Part shown: piece by piece, positions 24,392 through 34,741 of the stretch
Position numbering within the stretch: the stretch's first letter is position 1
How the letters are laid out: each line of letters begins with the position of its first letter
Assembly (NCBI RefSeq): GCF_024521635.1
Contig: NW_026250409.1
Coordinates: 1,240,001-1,304,000 of the forward strand
Direction of reading: 5' to 3'
DNA from: Tricharina praecox
Lineage: Eukaryota
DNA: 64,000 nt
Translations under genes and position numbers: made by a program
The notes under the pieces: model-generated
Seen by the model: the letters and a program-made list of their open reading frames with translations, nothing else
Told to the model about the DNA's origin: nothing
The model's database searches: none

Positions 24392-25968
24392 ATGTCTGGG
24401 TGAGCTTCTCTCCCATCCGGCTACCCCCTGTCTCCTGCAGGTACTTGACTTCATAGAGATCATTCGAACTTACGAACTGCTTCCGAAATTCTAGGCTCCA
24501 AGAGGGCATCCGGTCGTTCTGGCACGCGATGACGTCCAATGACCGACATGCCAATCACGATTCACCCCATCGCGCGTTTTCCGGAAACACCCACCAGCCC
24601 CTGGCCGGAGGTGTTGGCCGCAACCCGCCGATGCACTCGGTAGCCTCCCCGAACGGCGACCGTCCCTACCACGACGACGACCCCGCGAACCGTTCTACTA
24701 CCGCTCTGCAGAACACCAATGGCTTCTCCCCTCGACTATCGACTCACGGTGCACCGACTACCCCGTACTCACCGGGTGCACGGTCTGCTGCCGTTACGGG
24801 CCCCCCTAAGGATGGGATTGCCCTGCAGGAATTTGGCACTGACGGACAGCCTCCGGCTCCACCGGTGGCTCACTCGTGGGAACGCATTGAGGTCTGGTCC
24901 GAGGAGAGCTATCCGGAGTTGTTCGACCAGCTGTGCACCCCGGCGTCAGTAAACGATGTCAACGAGCTCGAGTACAGCCTGGATTGCTCGCTCCCGTTGG
25001 AGGTCCGCGAGTCCCTGCAGATTCACGATGGACAGGAGCGTGGCGGAAGGCCGACTGGTGTCATCTTCAGCGGCATGCTGATGGACTGCGAGGAGATCTT
25101 GGATGAATGGAAGAACTGGAGGGTTGTCGAGAAGGAGTTCATGCAGCCGACACCCGGCGTGCAAGGGGAAGCCGGTCCTTCGAGCGCCGCCACCGTGCCG
25201 CTCGGCCGCACAGACCTCGCGGCCCGGCAGAATAGCCAGCCGGAAGGTGCGGTTCAGAAGGTCTATGCTCACCCTGGCTGGATCCCGTTAGTGCGTGACT
25301 GGGGTGGAAACTACATCGCGGTTGACCTGGCACCTGGCCCGGCGGGAGTTTGGGGTCAAGTGATCCTTTTCGGTCGTGACTACGATACTAAGTTCGTCGT
25401 TTCGAGGTCTTGGGCCCACTTCCTGGCGATGGTTGCGGACGACATGCAGAGCTCCCACTGGTCGGTAGACGAGGAGAGCGGAGAACTCAAGCTCAAGGAC
25501 CCTAGGGCCCCGCGGTCCGAGCCTTCGTACATGGAGATTCTCAGGGTGAGGAACGAGCGCAAGTATGGCAGGCGTCGCTCGATGCGGCCGAATTCGAGGC
25601 CAGGTTCTAACCCTAGCTCCGCTCCGGGTTCCCCGCACCTCACGGCCATGTCCCCGACCAACGGCTCGAGAGGACTCACCCGGCCCGTCAAGGGACCCAG
25701 CACTATGGACGACAACCACCTCAAGCCCCCCTCGAAGAAAGCGGCGAAGGCTCTGCGAAGTGTCAGCGAGGAACCGACATCACCGCTTCCTCTCGTCACG
25801 GCTCTCGCCAAGGGTAACGCCAGCGGAAACCTGTTGGACGAGGGCATGGAGGAGATCAAGATCTCGGACGACAAGGAAGACGGGATCACCAAGCTCAAGC
25901 GACAGTCTAGCGACTTGATCCTGCCTTCGCCTGTAGCCGTGGCCAAGCCCGCCAGCATCGCGGTTTAA
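24392..25968 (+). CDS. SMI1: SMI1/KNR4 cell-wall assembly regulator; exons 24392-24399, 24495-25968
   Basis: Spliced N-terminus MSGLQEGIRSFWHAMTSNDRH; SMI1/KNR4 motifs SLQIHDGQERGGRPTG, YAHPGWIPLVRDWGGNYIAVDLAPGP..WGQVILFGRD. Confidence 0.92.
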
Positions 25969-26928
25969 AGAGTAGCTCAATCTCTTTGTCTAGGGATAGA
26001 AAAGGTGTCTTTTTTCCTTCCGTGTTTCTTGCTTTTTGCTTGTTTTGCATGGTGTCTTGTTCGTTTCTTCATTGACTGTCTGTAATACGATGAATTTCAT
26101 TACGGATGGCTTCATTGCTCAGCTGTGCACGGCTTCTCTCTGGTGCCCTCTGTGCGATTGCGCGGGGGGATTTGGGTGTACGATTTTGTTTCCTTTGCCC
26201 CGTCGTCTCCTTGGTCCCAACGAATTCCTTTTGCTTTTGATTTTACACGGGGTGGAAATACAACTTTACGCTTGTGCATTGTTACGGGGATACTTCCCCC
26301 TTCTCCTTCTTCTTTTTCTCCTTCTTCTTTTGCTTTTTGGCTTCCCTGAACGCTGTAGCATGCTGTAATACTTCTTTGCGGTGGGCTGCGTGCGCCAGCC
26401 ACCGTTCATGCTCTTACACTGCGGTCTTACTTTCGGTCTGTGGGGCGTTTATTGTACGCGATACCTTTACTACTATTAGGTGAACTGTCGAGATGTTCTA
26501 CTTGCATATGTGCGGATTCTTCTGTGTGCTCGAGAGTCACAGGAGAATGCCTGTGCCGATGTGAGGCTTTCTTCTGCTCGTATTTTCCTTTCCTCTGCTT
26601 TCTGTTTGCAACCCTACTGTAGTGATGTGTATATGTACCCTCATGAATGTTTTCTCAATAGATTGAAATGATGAACGATGAGCTGAGAACGATGAGCTGA
26701 GAAACGGATTTTCACATGCAAGCACGATGATGGGCCAAAACCACCCCACAATTTGTTTACTTTTTCCCGCGTCCCCCGCACCGAGCCCTGCAGACCCGCA
26801 CATCCGAAGCCCGAACGTTTCCGTGACGTCTGCGGCTGAGCTTATAAGGGAACCAGGCAGGTCCAGTACAGCGATTGAGCTCCAGCTCTCCCGTCGCCCA
26901 CAAAAGCGCTCCCAAAGAACCCGCAACG

Positions 26929-27909
26929 ATGTCCCGCCACCTCCTCCGCCGTCTATACTCCACCAGCACCTCCGGCGCCGGCGCCGCCGTCTCCACCGAA
27001 GCCGCGGCCAACTCCCTCCTCCAGCGCCCGCTGCCCTCCATAACCGACTGGCTCACGCCCCAGAACTCGCACCTGCTCACGCTCAGCACGAGCGCGTACC
27101 TGCGCACGACCCCCTCTCGTACCACCCCTTGCATCTCCGGCGAACTCCCTCCGGGCCACCACCTAGTGTACTTCCCACCTCAACTCCCGGAGCACCTTCT
27201 CCTCCGCGACGGCAGCGACGCGGAGCAGTCACCGGGCGCCGCCTGGCCGCGCCGGATGTGGGCCGGCGGCTCGCTGGCGTTCTCGCGCGCCCCCGGCAAT
27301 CGCCTCAGCTACTTCGACGAGGCGCGGCTGCAAGAGCGCGTCGAGAGCGTGCAGGTCAGGGGCGAGAAGTTGTTTGTTTGGTTCGAGCGGAGGATGTTCC
27401 GTGCGCCTGTTGGGGCGGGAGAACCCGCGCTCACGGAGAGGAGGTGTTTGGTCTTTTTGCCGCCTGTGGGGGAGGGGCCGCCCGCACAGCAGCAGCAGAG
27501 GATGCTGGAAGTGAAAGGGGATGTGAAGAGGGACTTTGTCGAGACGTTCACACCGACCCAGCACCTCCTGTTCCGCTTCTCGGCGCTGACGCATAATGTC
27601 CACCGCATACACTACGACGAGGGGTTTTCGCGGACGGAGGAGGGGTATAGGGGGAACCTGTGTCATGGGCCGCTCGCGGTGGTGTTCCTCCTCGGCCTCC
27701 TGAAGCGCGAGATGCCAAGGGGGAAGCGCATAGTCGCGTTTGAGTATAAGTGTCTCGCGCCCATGTTTGTTGGCGAGCCGTATAGGATTGCCGGAAGGTG
27801 GAAGGGGGAAGAGGGGGATGCCACAAGGAAGTGTGAGCTGTGGGTTGAGACCCCGCAGGGTGGATATGCGGTTAGGGGCACGGCGGAGGTCGAGAATGAT
27901 GTGGAGTAG
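26929..27909 (+). CDS. HTD2: Mitochondrial hydroxyacyl-thioester dehydratase type 2 (double hot-dog / MaoC-like)
   Basis: Presequence-like MSRHLLRRLYSTS; motifs LPPGHHLVYFPP, RRMWAGGS, LLFRFSALTHNVHRIHYD and NLCHGPL. Confidence 0.88.
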   Translation: MSRHLLRRLYSTSTSGAGAAVSTEAAANSLLQRPLPSITDWLTPQNSHLLTLSTSAYLRTTPSRTTPCISGELPPGHHLVYFPPQLPEHLLLRDGSDAEQSPGAAWPRRMWAGGSLAFSRAPGNRLSYFDEARLQERVESVQVRGEKLFVWFERRMFRAPVGAGEPALTERRCLVFLPPVGEGPPAQQQQRMLEVKGDVKRDFVETFTPTQHLLFRFSALTHNVHRIHYDEGFSRTEEGYRGNLCHGPLAVVFLLGLLKREMPRGKRIVAFEYKCLAPMFVGEPYRIAGRWKGEEGDATRKCELWVETPQGGYAVRGTAEVENDVE

Positions 27910-28684
27910 ATATTTGGGAGGGAGGGAGGCATGTTCTGATCACGGTGATGCGTGGATGTAGGCTATATTGTCCACACGGTACTTTTATCGAGAAGACTCA
28001 CGCCTCGAGTGATACCCAATGCACAGCTTCACTTGCTGGCAGAATACCCAGCACTAGGTACTGGATAGTCATCCCGAAGCACCATACTTGCCTAGAACCA
28101 CAACTACTGGACAATTAAATAAACAAACGGCTGTGATCAAGGAGAGGAGGAAGAGGAGGAAGAGGCGGGATGTTTGCCTGTGATCTCGGTCGACGGCCAG
28201 GATAGGGGAACGAGGTTCCGGCGCGAGTGGGTTCCATATATCTACCGACATCGGACCGACACCAACACGTTTGTATCTGGGCGAAAGTCTCCCGGAAACC
28301 TAGGCAAAGTCCTCTGTCCGGTTGGGATTGCCTGACAGTGGGACGAAACTCATCCCCCTGGCCACTGATGCCATCTTTCTCCAATGAATATCCGTGAAGC
28401 CAACCGTACATGGGATCGGGACAGTGCTTCCTCCACGTAGGGATATCTCATTATATCGTGGGGAGGTGTGTAGAAAAAGTTCATCGATATGGCCAACACG
28501 CTCAGGAAGCAAGCAACACGCAAGTAGTAATAAAACATCAAACCCGAATCCACTCCTCAAGATAGAACGAAAAAAACAAAATAGCATTGCCGCTCACTAC
28601 TCCCAGTGGGGTTTCCTCCTCGCCATCCCGTCCCGCCATCCCGCTATCCCAAAAGCGCCCATCCCTCCTGTAGCCCGCGCCTTC

Positions 28685-29249
28685 TTACAAGCTCAAATTA
28701 TACGAATACGCACTATCCTCGATATTCTGACTGACCCAGAGGACGCAGCAGCTGGCCATGACCAGGGCGTTGCTGACCGCGTTCGCGACGCCGAACCACA
28801 TGGTCGGCCAAGGGTGTCCCGGGACGACATACTTCAGGACGAGAACAGTGACGCTTCCGGCGAGCCCCCCCGCGATGAGCGCGAAGCCCATGAACAGCAC
28901 GAGGCGCGCCTTCCACGCCACGCCCGAGCCGGAGTACGAGTATGAATCCGCCGACAGCCGCGCTTTCTCGATGCTGTTGATCACGAGCATACCAAGCACG
29001 CTGCACAGCAGCGGGATCCAGTCGACGATCGTCACGTGCACGTTGGACGTGCCGTTCGCGGTCTTGGAGAATACTGAGGCGTCGAGAAAGGTGAAGAAGC
29101 CGAGGGAGAACTGCGGGGGTTGGTTAGCGGCGTGGGGCGGGCGGAAGGGGGGGGGATGGTACGAGTGCGCCGGCGCTGTAGACTCCTGCTGTGCGGAAGG
29201 CGAGCGAGGAGGGGAGGTGCGGCAGGGGGATGCGGAAGAGGCGGGACAT
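28685..29249 (-). CDS. VPS68: Vacuolar protein sorting Vps68 (UPF0220/TMEM50); exons 29249-29163, 29110-28685
   Basis: GVYSAGAL|FSLGFFTFLDA, VDWIPLLCSVLGMLVINSIEKARL, ARLVLFMGFALIAGGLAGS; intron 29162-29111. Confidence 0.92.
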
Positions 29250-29904
29250 GGTGGTGAGCTGGGGTAGGGGACAGTGAGGTTCGAGGTTCGTGGAGGTGCG
29301 CGGTGGTGTTGGTTGCTACTAGTCGGGGGGTGGACGGTTGTTGTAGTGGATGCGGATGCTGGGGAAGCTGAGATGATGATGCGGCTGTGCGCTTGGAGCT
29401 GGGACAAGGTTACACGGGGCTTGGCGGTCTAGCTACGCCATTACGTCTCGGGCCGAGTGATGTTACGTGGGTCAGACCAGGACAATGCAACACTCAAAGT
29501 CTGGGTCGTCTCTGGAGAGATGTAGCTCTGTATCTATAGTACATGATTGATTTAATTGAATTGTTGAGTGCTAAAGCTTACACAGCAGACTGACGCCATA
29601 CTAAGATACAGCATCTCATCCATTCATACAAAAAGTTACCCATCCGTAGATATCGTAAGAGTAGTATCGTGACTAGAAAGATGATAGAAGAACGGGCATC
29701 TATATCAAGCACACGGGCTCCTTATGGTTAAGTCTCTAAAGCCGAGCGGACTTGAGCCCTCAATGAGCTTGGGAGCTGTTACTGCGATTGTCCGGAGGAA
29801 GTTTTATTTGGCTAGCCAGAGGGGAGCAGTCTGGAAGGCTATGTAAAGGTTGAAACCTCGTCCGGATATTTCTGCTAGAGAACTAACCATGGGCGGTATG
29901 GTGG

Positions 29905-31026
29905 TAAATTCCTGCGTGTATGGCGCACTGTTGAACAACTTCGCCGCGGTGATTGGAAGCTCCAGGCCTTTGACTGAGACCTGTGAGAATCCCTACAGGC
30001 TTGTACCGGTGACTTGAGACCATCTTGACGGCGCGATCGACCCGGTATTGAAGGACTTGAAGGAGCTTGTGGAGTGGTTTCTGGATACCCGGAGGTATGC
30101 TCTCGTCCGGCTTAGTTTTCCTTCCAAACAACAACTCGAAGAATGCTGTGAATTAAGGGAAGCTCGTGATCTAGTGGAGATATTCTGTGAACCCATGAAA
30201 TATCAGCGGGAGGAGCTGCTGGAAGTTGAGCTTCTGCAGAGTGGCTGCTGTAAACGGAGCTGGACGAAGACTTGGTAAATGACGAAGTAGCGTAGTGATA
30301 CTCGAAGCTTGAATAGTAGGTAGAGGCGCCGTCGTCGTTGGAGTCTTCGTCGCCATCCCGCACGTTCGGACCTATCCTCGATATCCTCTCAGGCTTCAGC
30401 AAGATTAGGATCCGCTTCCACCATCTTCACAGCGTTTCGAGCCAACTTCTCCACATGACGCACCATCTGCTGACTCGATTTGCTACATGAATAGGTAGGT
30501 ATGTCAGGATAAACAGCAGCGCAAAACTAGTGCACGGACCGAATAGGTATCCAGGAAGGTAGGTATATAACACAAACCGATTTTATATCGTCAGCATCAG
30601 TGATTCAGTGTGAGTGAGGATTTATGCTTCCCCGAAGACCGCCCACGATCTGCAGAACATTCCCCTCTTTCTATGCCCACTTCGCACAGTTCCACAACGT
30701 GAACAAGCCCACCGCCACTTCCTCTCCAATCCCCACCCATAAGGTCCTGCAGGCTGCAGCTCCCGCTTGAGCTCCGAGAAAGCACACACGCAGCCGGTAA
30801 GCGTTGCCAAAATCTGGTTGATGTAGCATTGATGTCCGGCCTTCGCTTCTCGCTAATTCTCGTTCCGGCGGAGACAGTAGAAGGTTCTCGAACTGGTTAT
30901 TGGCGGAAGATAATGACAAGGGATTAGGCTTTGTCGTGGATGTTGCGGGCATGATAGGAAGCCGACAACTTTGACGCTGGTTTGGAGGAGGCCGGGGATT
31001 AATGCCGCTGCTGACATCCCGTCCAT
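29905..31026 (-). pseudogene. Decayed gene encoding a fungal HeLo-like / STAND N-terminal domain protein
   Basis: Collinear fragments in shifting frames: MDGMSAAALIPGLLQTSVKVVGFLS (ATG 31026), GRTSML..NQILATLTGCVCAFSELKREL, KHKSSLTL..LMLTI, an intron-like segment, then LEGKLSRTRAYLRV..SSF..WSQVTGTSL*GFSQVSV..LPI. It carries multiple stops and frameshifts. The family match is from memory. Confidence 0.65.
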
Positions 31027-34000
31027 GCTGCTTGTCGTCTGCTATCTGGATGCCTGGGTGTCCTGAGGCCCCAGTGTCCAGCTGTGGGTTGTGGGTTGTA
31101 CATACTTACTTAGGTACGGCGATACATTATTCCTCCCGTTGCCAACGGGAGGAGGAGGGCCTGGCGTAGGTATCTAGTATTAATCACATTTATCACTCGC
31201 CTCGACGAGCACCAACTGGTTTAGGACCCACCTCTTTCCGAGCTCACTGCACCACGAATTTCGACAACTCGGTCTACAGTCCAACTGACTCGAGCGAGCA
31301 AGGACTCAAGTACGTCCTCAGAAGCTGGTCACGATGGTAGCTGTGAGCCCCACGACGACTCCTCGGCCGCCTTTGGCAACCAACACAAAACTAACAATCT
31401 CCAAAAAAAGAAAAGAGAACCCACGCAACAGCTTCCTACCGTAGCACTATCTTTGACACTTGCGCGGTGGCCTCCCCCTACTAGTACTCTGTGCGGATGA
31501 TGTGCGAAGCTACCTCAAGAATGCTCATCTCTTGTAACTGCTTCATCGCATTTCACACCGTTCTAGATAGGTATTCAACCACAACTTTGAACCGTCGATG
31601 ATGGCATTGACTAGCTTTAGAATACATGGGAATACAATACGCTTTCTCGACAATACATGTGTATCCAGCTGGTCCGAGAGTCCTGTTGGTTCGCTCCATG
31701 GCTGCCATCCTGCGACCAGCCAACCAAGATGGGCAGAAACGAGAGAGTTGGCGAGAGAAGAACCGTTGCTCGTCTCGTCTTGATTCATTGGTTTCTCAGT
31801 TTATGGGTAGTGATGCACGCCGTCGTCTGAACATGAGTAGTCAGTGCGGAGCAGAGTATGACCACACCCGCCCGGACGGGGAGCAACAACCTTCCTTCCT
31901 TCCTTCAGTATCCCTCACCGCATCAGCAGCTGGGCCAGTAGGCTATGGTGGATAGACACTTATCTGGTATCTGGTGGAAGAGGAGCTGGAGTATTCGTGG
32001 TATGATCGTCACCCGGCAGACTGGCACTGCGCTTGACTCCTGATTCCTGAATCCACAAAACGCTCCTATGTACATACACGGGCAGAAGCAGGATTGCGCA
32101 AAGCCTGCTCCCAGCTGGGACTAACTAAGAGGTATGCACCTACTCTACTCTGGAGGCGTTTCGTTTGTCCCCCCCTCGCACGAGGACTCGTATCACGACA
32201 GGTAGCCTCCGCGAATGTGCTCCGGCAACCGCAACTCACCCCACCTTCCGGGCCCAACTGTTGATACCAGTACCAACCAGTACATTCCCCCTTCCATCCC
32301 TCCCTTCCTCCCTTCCTCCCTTCCGTCGGCCATGCACAGTGCATGGCAAGCATGCCATGCCATGCCACTCGCCGACGGATAGTTGTAGTCGTAGTGTGAG
32401 CCCTCGCTGGGTCCGCATGGCTCTACGAAGACCCGTTCTGCATCCCGCCGCGACCCGCCATGTCTCGCCGTGTCCCGCCACGGTGCCGGCGGTGACAGTA
32501 GAAAATGGCTCATCCGCGGGGGCTTCGCATACAGCAAGAAGTGGTGGTAGACTGTAGTGAGCCCGTAAGGCTCCGGTGCATGGACAATAGGGTGGGGTGG
32601 GGGTTCAAGCGTTCAGCGCTGGCAAACAGGCTGGAGGGTAGCACCGTTAGTTGGGGCTTGCGAGAGCTTGCGCTTGTTCCACAGCAATCCTCCCATCAGT
32701 GCATGATCCGGCGGATCGAGTCGGCGCACGCTGCATCACTCGTGCGCCAAGGAGTGCGAAGTGGTTTCCACCAGTCTGCTGGAGTTGGAGGCGGCATCCA
32801 CGCGGGATCCGGAATGGATGAGCGCGTGGCGACACTGGCCAATATATACCGTTACCAACGAGCCCGCGTTGAACAAACTCGTGGCCCGTGGGTACATCTT
32901 CAAGGACTGTCCCGAGGGCGGAGGTTGGAAGGAAGACAGAGAAGCTGAAATAAGTGCTCGGATATATGGCTGATTGCGAGTGCGGATTCCGTTTGTATTA
33001 TAGTTTCTTTAATCGCATAGATGTACGCTGGCAGAATTGGGAACACGAGCTGGACAGCCATCGGGTGGAAACATCAATACTGGTGCGTAATCCTACGGTA
33101 TCGAGGTCGGAGGCAGTCGAACAGGTAAGTAAAATTGAGTGCGAAGCCCTCACCCCAGCCGCAATGGGGGTACCAGAGGCCTCGCTGCGAGCTTGGGCAG
33201 CTCGCCATTGTGTAGATCCTCATCCACGCACTCTGGCAGCAGCACTATAATCTATAGTTAATCGGGAGACAAAAACCGGCGCCGGCGCCGACGATGTCTG
33301 CAGTCAATCAATCCATCAATCAATGTTCACAACCACATGCATCCTACAACGTCCATCACCTGCACTGCACCCCGCGAATACCGTTATGATCTGCCATCTG
33401 CCAACTTCATGTTGCAGACTCCAGAGTGCACTGTACTGAGGATGGCAGCCCCACCACCACCACCCATCACCGCCGCTACCCGCGTCGTCGGATGATATGG
33501 GACGGATATGAGGCGGCCCTCCGTGAAGCTGCAGACTGCAGTGCGCGAGATAGCTGGTTGGTTGGTTGGTTGGTTAGTTGTCGGCGAGCCGGTGGAACGT
33601 TGCACTCAGGAGCGTACATTGTAGAGTACATAGACGCTGAAGTGGCAGATTGTTTCCCCTCTCACCCGCTTCGCACTGATGGGCTTGACTCGGTGATGGA
33701 TTGGAAAATGTAAACCACCCCCGTATTTAATTTAATTCAATTCGGTAACTACTTAAGTACGTAGTTGACGCTCAGTACCGTAGAGACCGGAGTATATATT
33801 ACAATGTAGATCACTTGATCATCCCCCATAACCATCAAACATGTACTAGAAACATAACCCCCCAAACCCGCTCGTGCGCAATATCATGACATTCCAAAAA
33901 CATATGCCAGACCAGACCAGAAACTTGAAAAGACTCGAGAGATTCCCACAAATGAAGCCGCAAAACACCCGCGATGATGAAACAATGGAAGAAGGAAGAA

Positions 34001-34084
34001 CAAAAGAAAAAAGAAAGAAACAAAGGAGGAAAAAGTCCATCCATCCCGCCACAATAAACAAGTGAACGAAAGAAAACGTAGTCA

Positions 34085-34741
34085 TCACCGCCGTCTCCTC
34101 CCCGCGCCCATCTCCGACGCCTCAGACGCATCCGACGACGACAGCGACGAGTCGGTATCGGACGCATTACTACTCCTTGAATTCCTCGAATTCCTAGTGC
34201 TTATGTACCTGACGCCGCTCTCGGGCCTTCTCGCGGACGGTGTAGCTGCGATCGTATTACGTCTCTCGACGGTCACACCGGGCGGCAGGGAAACCCTATG
34301 GGTGCGACCACTATACTCAACCGGCTGCTCGAACCTCCCGCTCAGCGGGCGCTGGGACACCGTCTGCCTTCTAAACGGGGGGCTGGGGGCAGCGGACGGC
34401 GGCAGCGCGTACCGGTGGACCTGCGACGGCACGGCATCGACGATCTCGACGTATCCCGCGGCGTCGCTGCCGGCTACACTCGCGTTGTACTCGTAGCGGG
34501 GAGGCGGCAGGTGCGATGGAGGAAGGATCAGCGCCGCGGGCACGCCGGTGTAGATGCTGTCGCTGTTGCTGCTCGAACGGCTGTGGTACGAGTCCCGCCG
34601 TGTGGGCTTGCGCTTCGTGTGCGCCTGTTCTTTCGGCCCCGTGTACCCGTATGTGGTCGTCTTGACTACTTGCTTCCCGTATGGTGTTCGCTCGATCTCT
34701 TGGATCTCGACGCCGAAGAAGGCGGGGAATTTGAAGCACAT
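34085..34741 (-). CDS. Hypothetical S/R/P-rich protein (218 aa)
   Basis: Continuous ORF with coding-like composition, plausible leader and a T-rich 3' region; no recognised domain. Confidence 0.65.
   Translation of the reverse strand: MCFKFPAFFGVEIQEIERTPYGKQVVKTTTYGYTGPKEQAHTKRKPTRRDSYHSRSSSNSDSIYTGVPAALILPPSHLPPPRYEYNASVAGSDAAGYVEIVDAVPSQVHRYALPPSAAPSPPFRRQTVSQRPLSGRFEQPVEYSGRTHRVSLPPGVTVERRNTIAATPSARRPESGVRYISTRNSRNSRSSNASDTDSSLSSSDASEASEMGAGRRRR

Noticed and set aside
26668..26702. ATGATGA...CTGA suggesting a C/D box snoRNA
   Set aside because: Too short and explained by a 14-nt tandem duplication (AACGATGAGCTGAG twice).
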